Source: Gnetum montanum
Taxonomy: Eukaryota; Plantae; Gnetophyta
Direction: 5' to 3'
Length of the DNA: 64,000 nt
Assembly (NCBI GenBank): GCA_015680685.1
Contig: MNCI01001817.1
Span: 295,798 to 359,797, forward strand
A program made the position numbers and the translations under genes. Below, piece after piece: positions 55,464 through 64,000 of this stretch. Position 1 is the first letter of the stretch. Each line of letters begins with the position of its first letter. The notes beneath the pieces are model-generated. The model searched no databases. It was given only the letters and a program-made list of their open reading frames with translations, and was not told the DNA's origin.

Positions 55464-58320
55464 ATGGCACCTAGATTAAAACATCCGTAGGAAGGAGGAC
55501 CATCACAACTAAAGAATAAACAACCTAGAACAAAAGGAGGTTAGGAATAATAAGCCTAGGAGTAGGTAGTAAAAAATCATGCAATGAAACCTCTTCAAGA
55601 GGAGTGCAAAGTGGAATCTCTTTGATAGATTCCCAAAAAAGAGGCTACAATTGAACAATTCCAAAGAGAAGAGGCACCAAGGCCAATACCAAGACTTGAG
55701 GTCACATTGACACAAGTCTACCTAGATATGATCAAGCCTCATGATTTCCAATGCTAAATTCTCCAAGAACTAAACTTTGGACCATTCTTGGAACATGCTC
55801 AACTAGAAGTTGAGACACAAATGCAAAGCTCTACCATGTGGTCAATTATCACTACTAGTGGGGATTGGTACACGGGAGAGACATATCTCTTTTGGAATAG
55901 CAAAAAGGTAGGGGCCACTGTGAGAATCAAAGACATTCAAATGTATTATTTAGCAAAAGTAATTACATAGGCTCTTGGCCTGCCTAATTCTAGCATCTAT
56001 TTAGTAGAAATATCAACACAAACATACCTTGAGGTAAAAGGAAATGAACCCAATAGTGTTATGGGGTTGACTGTAAGGATTTTGGCATGCTCACACTAGT
56101 GGAGGGTATATACCTCAAGATAGTGACGTATCACCTCAATTTGATGGTAAGGCTTAGCAAGGTGATAGCCTTCTTTACTCATGCTTATGCTGCTTTAAGT
56201 GGAAACTTTCTTGTTAACCTTCCATAGCCAATCTATCTAGAGATAGAGAAGCACTTCAAGGAGAATGAACATGGAAGGAAAAACTTGGCATTTCCATGCC
56301 TTATCAAAAAACTTTGTAAAAGAGTAGGGATAGTCAACTATGCCAATGATATATTCAAGCATACTCTCATTGCCTCTTTATCTAAAATGATGAAGGATAA
56401 AACCCCTTCCTTATTAAAAGAAGAGGAGCAACTACTATCACCTTTACCACCCACTCAAGAAATAATGCTAGAGGCCTATGTAGCTATTGAGTGCCTATGT
56501 GAAATCTAAGAGCAACTCTTGCATGAGTAGGAGCAGTAAGAAGGAATAAGTGGTGGAGATCCATATGTGTATCAATGATCAATGAGTCACCTCAATGAAG
56601 TGGCTTGAATGATCAACTAGATGCAAGGAGGTGGACCAATATTCTCATCCCAAAAAATGTAGTTGCTCATGAGTTCAAATCCTAGTGCCTGAGAGGTGAC
56701 AATGTCTCTTTCAGAATAACAACAATTCCTAGAAATATTTGAAAATGCTACTACCTTTTTGATGTTCTTGGAGGAGGGTGAAGAAACAATTGTATTGGTA
56801 ATGTAGCACCAAGGGAAGGAAATAGTAGTAGAAGTGGTGGTTGATAGAATTTTTGAAGCATTAAATGAACCTATGATGTCTGTACTAGATGTTTTGGCAC
56901 TCAAAGATGTGTAGATGTCCATAGGAATTTTCATTAGAAGATTGAGTGTATCCCAACATGAAGAATTGTTGGACCAACTAATGGGAACTAGGAAATTGAT
57001 TCTTGATATCTTTGATTTTTCAGATAATATCACTACAACTCAGTTAGAGCTATTTGAAGTAAAGGGTAAGTGCATCATTGTAGAAGGGCAACTCGAAAAT
57101 CAAGAACAAAACCAATGCTTGACCACAAAGGTTGCCAAATTAAGAGCTTGTGTTGTTGATCTTGCACTCCTCAACCTTGCATTAATAAGAGATGAAGCTT
57201 TTCAACAACTTCAAGATAGGCTCGAACTATTTGAGGTAGGAATGACAATGATCATCTTTGAATTGTCTATGGCTAAGGCCAAAAAATATTCAATTTACAA
57301 GGCCTTGGTCTATATGTGCTAAGAGAATGAGATGTTGACTACAAAAAATAATTACTTGTGGAATGTTGATATGCTAAAATAAAAATTGCAAGAATTCATT
57401 CATCAACCGTAAGAGTAGCTAGCCAAGGTGAACACTAAGCTTAGGAGATTGATTGTAGAAAATCTAAATCTCTCTATGGAGGAAGTATGTACCTTACTGC
57501 AAAAATCTATGATCGAGAAGGCTACTTTGAAGAATGAGGCTTTCAAGTTTAAGAGAGTCAAGAACCACTATAGAGATCAGGTTGATCTAAAGAAAGAAGT
57601 TAAGAAAACATACATCTAGATGGGTAACGCAAAAGTTAATGAGACCCTCTAACAATTCCAGTAAGGGAAAGAAATGTGGCAATGTATCATTGATGGGATG
57701 GATGCTATAATAAAGCAAAGATCCCCATGACAGAGTTGCAGATTGAAGAGATGATTAAATACATGGAGCTTGCTAATCTCAAATATGAAAACCTGGCAAT
57801 GCTGACTGCTAAATGGGCATAGTCAAAGTTAGAGAAGAAGGTGGTTAGCTCATACTTGTTCTACAAGGTAAAGTTCAAGCATGACAAGGACACCGAGAAA
57901 AGGCTTGAGACTGCAAATACTGAACTCAAAGTTCTTAGGCAAAGATTCACTGATCAAAGATGAACTACTAAGAATCTAAATAGAAGGATGAATAACTACC
58001 AAGAACTAAAAAATGTAATTAGGGCATTCGACATCGAACGAAATTAATTTTAGTGATTTGTCAATGCTAAGGAGCTATTCCCAACAATGCCCCATCCTTG
58101 GGATATGCCCATTTTGGTTCACACTGGCAAAGATGCATTGACCATGCACAATCCCATGGGTAAGGAGGAGAAGATGAAAGCATTATTGGATGCTTTTCAT
58201 CTTCCATTGGAAGTTGTAGCAATAGCAAGATAATCATAACAACCTCAACCACCACATACACTCAAAGAAGAAGAAGGTACCTTCGAGCCTCAAGAGCCTC
58301 CATCACCTAGGACTATTTAG
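55464..58320 (+). pseudogene. Athila env-like / PF20167-like accessory ORF + long coiled coil, degenerate
   Basis: ATGGCACCT (MAP) directly after a TAG acceptor-like site. Motifs VIT*ALGLPN (~55960) and LAFPCLIKKLCKRVGI (56285), then heptad-rich ORF fragments (56915-57322, 57428-57619). Confidence 0.7.
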
Positions 58321-58623
58321 TCTTCTCCATCATATTCACACTATCAGAGGAGAATGTGTTTGTTAAATCTTATCCTACTATTTAATTTTATAGTCTTGAA
58401 TACCAAAAATTTTTGTAATGATTGTATATCCATACACTTGGGCACTTAGTGTTTGTTTGTGTTTGTTTATGTTTGTTGTATGTGTATTATCAGTTAATAA
58501 TTCCATACCTTCCCAAACTTTTGAATAACTTAAGGATGTGTTTTCATTTAGTCTTGGGGTTATTTTGAGTAATGGATTTGCTGCATCGACTAGGCCCCAT
58601 CAATGCATGATTTGATGTGTTGA

Positions 58624-58671
58624 NATTGGAAATAGATTAATTATTTATTCATGCATTTAATATTTTATTCN
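58624..58671. other. Probable assembly/gap-fill artefact
   Basis: The 46 bp between two N's is an exact copy of 58881-58926 and replaces the TATA segment seen in the 5' LTR. Confidence 0.8.
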
Positions 58672-61600
58672 TAAATACATGTTCACCTACCATGTTTAAG
58701 GCATGTCTTATTATAGTTGTAGTGGAGCTCTTGCAGTTTTTTCATTTGGAAGCTAGAATATTTTTCTAAGTGCCCATAGTAGGAGTCAAGAGTGTATAGA
58801 TCTTTATTCAAGCATTTTTGTACCTAAGCACAGTAGTGTGTGCAACAATAAAGATGAGCTTTTTGATAAACCTTGCAACAATTGGAAATAGATTAATTAT
58901 TTATTCATGCATTTAATATTTTATTCCATTAGTGCTTTAAGTAATTAAATAATTAATTAGGCTAAACTAAGCTAGATCAAGTTGCGATTAATTAATCACA
59001 TAAGTACAACCACTTCAAGCATACACTTAGCACTTGGTAATCTCAATAACGCTTAATGTTTGGTAACCTAGTAGCGTTAAACATGTTTAGGATGTGTATG
59101 GAAAGTGGGAATATATGCTTATGTTAGGATTAGTTAGGTGTAGTTAGTTATATTAAATTAGTAATTAAATTACTTCATTCCTTTCATCCTTTATTCTAAC
59201 CACCCAAAACATAAAACATAAAAATAATAAAAGTTATACAACTCAATTACACTTAACCATACCTTTACATATCACAAGTGTAATTGGCAAGACAACGAAT
59301 GATTGTTAAGGCAAGTTTACTTCCTAGAGGCCAGTGTACCAAAAAACATAGAATCTATGGAATTTGACTAGATCACATGTGAACGCTTAGTGATTTGTAT
59401 GGTTGAATGTAGGGTTATTAGCCACTCATCAAAGAGTTACCAAATAACTTGAGGGAACCTATTGCTAAATCTAAAATAGAAGGTATGACTTCTAATTAGT
59501 GGGAAAATGAGTCCCAAGGTTATGAAAGATGAAATGATCAGTCCATCACAAATTCAGATATAATGAAATATAGGTTGAAAATAAAATTTGAATAATATCA
59601 TTACAGGAAAAATAATATTATGAAGTTAAAATTTATAAGGCAAGGTAATAGGAACGTCAAATAATTTTAAGTTGAATTTTGTGATCTATTCCATCAAGCT
59701 AAGGTAAACTGGGAGGAGTATGAACACACTTTAGTCTTTTTAAGAGGTCTCAAAATAACATATGAAAATGAATTATCTTTTTATCAGATAAAAATTCTTG
59801 ATTAGGCTTATGATTTTTCACTTAAGGCTAAGAAGAAATTAAGTGGATTTGGAAAAAAAAAAAAGTAAACAAACTTGCAAGGAGAAGGAAAAGGGATCCA
59901 AATCTCAAAAATGATCCAAGTCCAAATATGAAGATAAGGATGATAACCAAGATAAGAAGACTAAAATAGGTGATGAAAAAGGAAAATTCAAGAAGGACCA
60001 AGATAAGGGAGGCAGGGGTCAAGACAATAGCTCATCAAAAATTTAGTGCTTCAAGTGTTGAGAATGGGGATACAAAGAATGGGAATGTCTACTTTACAAG
60101 GAAGCCAAGGAGAAATATGTGCAAACCATGGACTTGGAGGAGACATCAAGTCAAGGTATTTAGAGAGGTAATCCTAATTCTTTAAAAATGAAGGATGTTT
60201 CTAAATTAAATTCTTATGCATTCATCAAGAATGTGAATACAGGAAATCATCCTAATAAAAAATTGTTATTTTGGATTGTGGATAGATGTTTTCTTAGTGG
60301 GGAATGAATTCATGTTTTGATTGATGAGGAAGCTAAAGAAAATGTTATTTCTTTTAGGATAGTTGCTAGATTAAATTTGGTAACTAATCCTCATTTTAGA
60401 CAATATAAAGTGCATTGGTTATCTAAATATTTTTCCCAAGACATGAGGAAACAATGTACTTTAAGATTTTAAATTAGAGGTTTTCATGATATTATGAAGT
60501 GTGATGTACTTTAAATTGATTGTGTTGATGTAATTCTTGGTAGAAATTGGAAATTTGACAATGGTACTCAGTTTGATGAAGCAAGAAATGTATGGAGTGT
60601 AGCTAGACATGATGAAATCCATGAGTTGATTCCCATGATAGTGGAACAAATGAGGTAGAAAAGCTCACTTTATGCTTTCTTAAGCCTTTTAAAAGAGAGG
60701 TAATATATTAAGAAACATGATGAAGTAGGTTTTGGTTTTGTTGTTATGATAATAGTTGCAACTAATCATGATGATGTGTAGGTTGAACTTCCTATAGGTG
60801 TCCTAGGATTGAAGAAGAAATTTTCCAAGGTGTTCAAGGATGAATTAAATGGATTATCACCAATGAGGAATGTACAACATTAGATTGATTTCATTCCTAG
60901 TGCTACCATTTTAAATAAAAGAGCTTACCAAATGACACCAAATCAATGGGCTGAATTACAAAGGTAAGTAGAAAAATTACTTTAAAATGCCTTCATGGGG
61001 GAATCCATTTTACCTTGTGCAATTCTAGCAATTCTAGTAAGAAGGATAGCAATGAATGGAGAATATGCATTGATTCCAAGGTAGTGAAAAAGGATAATAG
61101 TGAGGTATAGGTTTTCAACTCCAAGAATAGATGATATCTGTGATATGCTTACTAATGTGGAGATTCTTAGAAAAGTTTATTTGAAGAGTGATTATCATAA
61201 AATTATAATTAAGCCTGATGATTAGTGGAAAGTAACTTTCAAGAAATCAGATAGATTTTTTAAGTTTTTGGTAATGCATTTTGGGATCATGAATTCACCT
61301 ATTGCATTCATGGATGGGATTAATGCATGATATATTAAAGGACTTGATTGGTAGGTGTTGTATTTTTATATTTTGACGATATTTTGGTATATAGCTCTAA
61401 TGATGAAGAGCACTTGGATCACTTAAGGATGATGTATCTTAAGTTGGAGGAGGCATAGTTAGTAACCAATGTGAAGAATGTCATTTCTTTAAGAGGAAAA
61501 GCACATATTTAGGGCATGGGTTTTTTTGAAAGTCAAATTTAAATGGAAGCTACCAAGGTGAAGGCTATTATGAATAGGCCAACTCCTAAGAATGTTAAGA

Positions 61601-62885
61601 AGGTAAGATCATTTCTTGGTTCATTAGGTTTTTATAGATGGTTCACGAAAAATTTTAGTTCATGGTCTATGTTTACTTTGTTAAAGAAGAATAAGGATTT
61701 TAGATGGAATAATGAAAAAAAGGGATCTTTGACTTATTAATTAAAAGAAAAAATTATTAGTGAATAGGTGCTTGCAATTCTAATTTTTAGAAACTTTTTC
61801 AGGTGGAGGTAGATGCAAGTGGAATTGCCATTGGTGGGGTACTTTCACAAGAAGGTAGACTTGTTGCTTTCTTTTTAAAAAATTTGAATGATTCAAGGAA
61901 AAAATATAGCATATATGAGAAGGAATTTTATGTTATTCTTTAAGCAGTCAAGCATTAAAGACATTACTTATTTCCCAAGGAGTTTACCTTGATGATAAAC
62001 CACAGAGCACTACAATTTCTAAACTCTCAAAAACCTTGAGTGCAAAGAATATGAAGTGGATTACAAAGTTATAGGAGTTCAATTCAGTGTTTAAGCACAA
62101 AAGTAAAAAAGTAAATGTGGTGGTTGATGCATTGTCTAGGGTGCATGTGGTTAATTTTAGCATATATCATGTGGAAGGTGTGGATGACTTTACTTATTTT
62201 TATAAGCATTATAATGATTTTGGACATGTTTGGAGGAGCCTCAAAGAGCTATTGATGAGTAGGATAGAGCAATGGAGAAACCATATTATTTAAGATGAAT
62301 TGTTATTTAAGAATGGATAGGTATGTATTCGTAATTTTGATTTTAGAAAAAATATTTTTCAAACACAATATTTTAGTACCATGGGTAAGGATAAATACTA
62401 AAAATTATGGGTTAATACTATTTTTAGCTTGGTATGGCAATTGAAGTTTCCAAATATATGAAGAAGTGTTTAACTTATCAAAAGTTCAAAGGAGATAAAT
62501 GAGTGGATGGACATAATATGTCTTTGTTAATTCTCAAGGGTCCATGAGAAAGTGTGTCTATGGGTTTTGTAAGTGCTATTCCAAAAACTAAAAGTTAGAA
62601 TGATACAATTTTTATTGTTGTTGATAGGTTCTCCAAGATGACACATTTCATTCCATGAAAAAAGGTTAATGATTTTTCTCATGTTGCAAATTTATTTTTC
62701 CAGCATATTATGAAGTTGCATGGAATTCCTTTGAAACATTGTTAGTGATAGAGAGTCAAAATTTACAAGTCACTTTTGGAGGTATCTTTGAAAAAAATTT
62801 AGGAAAAACTTAAATTTTTCTAGTGAATAACATCCATAATCTGATGGCCAAATGGAGGTGTTGAATAAATCCTTATTAAACATAC

Positions 62886-64000
62886 TGAGGAGTCATGAAT
62901 TTTCTAGCTATGATATCATAGCCATGATATATCAGCCCTATTGTATCAGTAGCTGAGATATCGCAGCGGCCATGATATCGCGTACACGATATCGCAGTGC
63001 ACCGCAATTTCTATAAATAAGAGGCAGATTTCCTAGTTTTAGGTATTAGGAGTTAGAAGTAGCGAAGCTCTAGCAGTTTGATCCCTCCAAAGTTAGATTA
63101 TTTTTTTGTGTCTGCCCATAGTGTGGTGAATGTAATTGTATAGTGTCTCTATTCGAGTGTGGTGTACTTGGACACGCACATGACCAGCAATAAAGATTGA
63201 GATTACTTCATCATTGTAGCAATCACTTTGTTATTTATTTATTTAATGTTATTTACTACTTTCTCTCTCACACTTAAACTCCTAGAACGTGGAATGAGTA
63301 CAACTTGATTTGAGCATTTAAGTGTGACTACTTGGTAGCCCAATGGCGTATCTAGGATCTACGCTTGGTAACCCAGTGGCATATCTGGGATCTACACTTG
63401 GTAATCCCAGTGGTGTACATAGGATCTACGCTTGGTAATCCTAGTGGTAGTCGTGCATGAGGTCCAAGATGTGTACAGTTGATCAAGGAATTGGTTGCTC
63501 GTCGCACTTAGGCTAGATTAGATTTTCTTACCCTTTTCCTCCTAGCTTATCTTAGTTAAATATTATTTTCCACTGCCTTCAAGAGTAGCATAGATTAGGA
63601 ACACATCATACACCTCATTTGGACTAAATCATATGTGACAATTGCAATACTAGTCCAGGTGGGAAGACAATGAACTGCGACCTAAGGATAACTATCTAGG
63701 TGCCACAACTAGTCCGTCTGCGGAGTTCGACCGGATCGAACGTGCTACGCTTGATTCGTATGGTTGAGTGTAGGGGTACCTCACCGCTCATCATTGGCAC
63801 CGTTGCCGAGGACGGTGCTAGTTATCTAGATTAGTTATATCATAGAAGGTCACTGTATAAGGACTTAACGATATATCTCTTAAAAAGAAGAAATAATTAT
63901 AAAAAGTCACATACGAATTCACACACAGTTTCACAATAATGCCTCTCCTACAAGATAATAATAATGCCACACTTAGTGAGGAAGTTCATTGGAGAACCAA
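62886..64000 (+). mobile_element. Younger Athila-like element: 5' LTR (62886-63793), PBS-Asp and start of leader
   Basis: TGAGGAGTCATG...GCTCATCA, PBS TGGCACCGTTGCCGAGGA at 63795-63812, CTATAAATA at 63011, and a 3' end (tatggttgagtgtaggggta) shared with 47181-47200. Many CpGs retained. Confidence 0.88.
63331..63450 (+). repeat. 33-34-bp tandem repeat x3.5 in the LTR
   Basis: CTTGGTA(A/G)CCCAGTGGC(A/G)TATCTAGGATCTAC-like units starting at 63331, 63364, 63397 and 63431. Confidence 0.85.

Larger units (their letters stand above)
46366..59431 (+). mobile_element. Complete Athila-like Ty3 retrotransposon (13.07 kb), degenerate
   Basis: TGATG...CATCA ends, perfect TSD AAGAG (46361-65 / 59432-36), LTRs 46366-47214 and ~58563-59431, PBS TGGCACCATTGCTAGGA at 47216-47232 (tRNA-Asp type TGGCGCCGTTGCCGGGGA), gag-pol and a 3' env-like ORF. 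Confidence 0.92.
45980..62885 (+). pseudogene. CRM-like Ty3 gag-pol pseudogene, split by the insertion at 46366-59431 and truncated by the insertion at 62886
   Basis: Gag reads across the TSD: VELKTFNS...FIWLNALEK*F*LKE|LPNNLREPIAKSKIEG. Also CFKC*EWGYKEWEC (~60046), protease VLIDEEAKENVIS (~60313), RT YFDDILVYS (~61370), RH QVEVDASGIAIGGVLSQEG (~61800), and INT VVDRFSKMTHFIP ... DGQMEVLNKSLLNIL. Confidence 0.85.

Overview
AT-rich, strongly CpG-depleted, plant-type heterochromatin made almost entirely of old, nested LTR retrotransposons. I see no intact host gene, RNA gene or CRISPR array, and nearly all coding remnants are broken by C>T-type stops. The layout, resolved mostly from TG..CA ends, 5-bp TSDs, PBS and PPT, is as follows. 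(i) Athila-type LTR fragments at 1-433 and about 33500-33860. (ii) A ~3-kb Tekay/Del-like LTR (15860-33385; partial copies at 4307 and 34298) that contains a SIRE-like copia solo LTR (16221-27547) and a 3.15-kb solo LTR (29853-33006). The copia solo LTR in turn contains a full-length chromodomain Ty3 element (16685-26934, minus strand). (iii) Two copies of an Athila-like 3' region (6570-13842 +, 35662-43100 -) carrying an unknown conserved ORF plus an env-like accessory ORF. (iv) A gag-only SIRE-like element (38485-42559). (v) A CRM-like Ty3 element split by a complete Athila-like element (46366-59431) and by a younger Athila-like element (62886 to the end). The most unusual item is in the chromovirus: between PBS and gag it carries a complete antisense, intron-containing accessory gene (TATA, ATG, 3 clear GT-AG introns, stop, AATAAA), separated from gag by GC-rich tandem-repeat arrays. 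All family names are by motif recognition only; no database searches were run.
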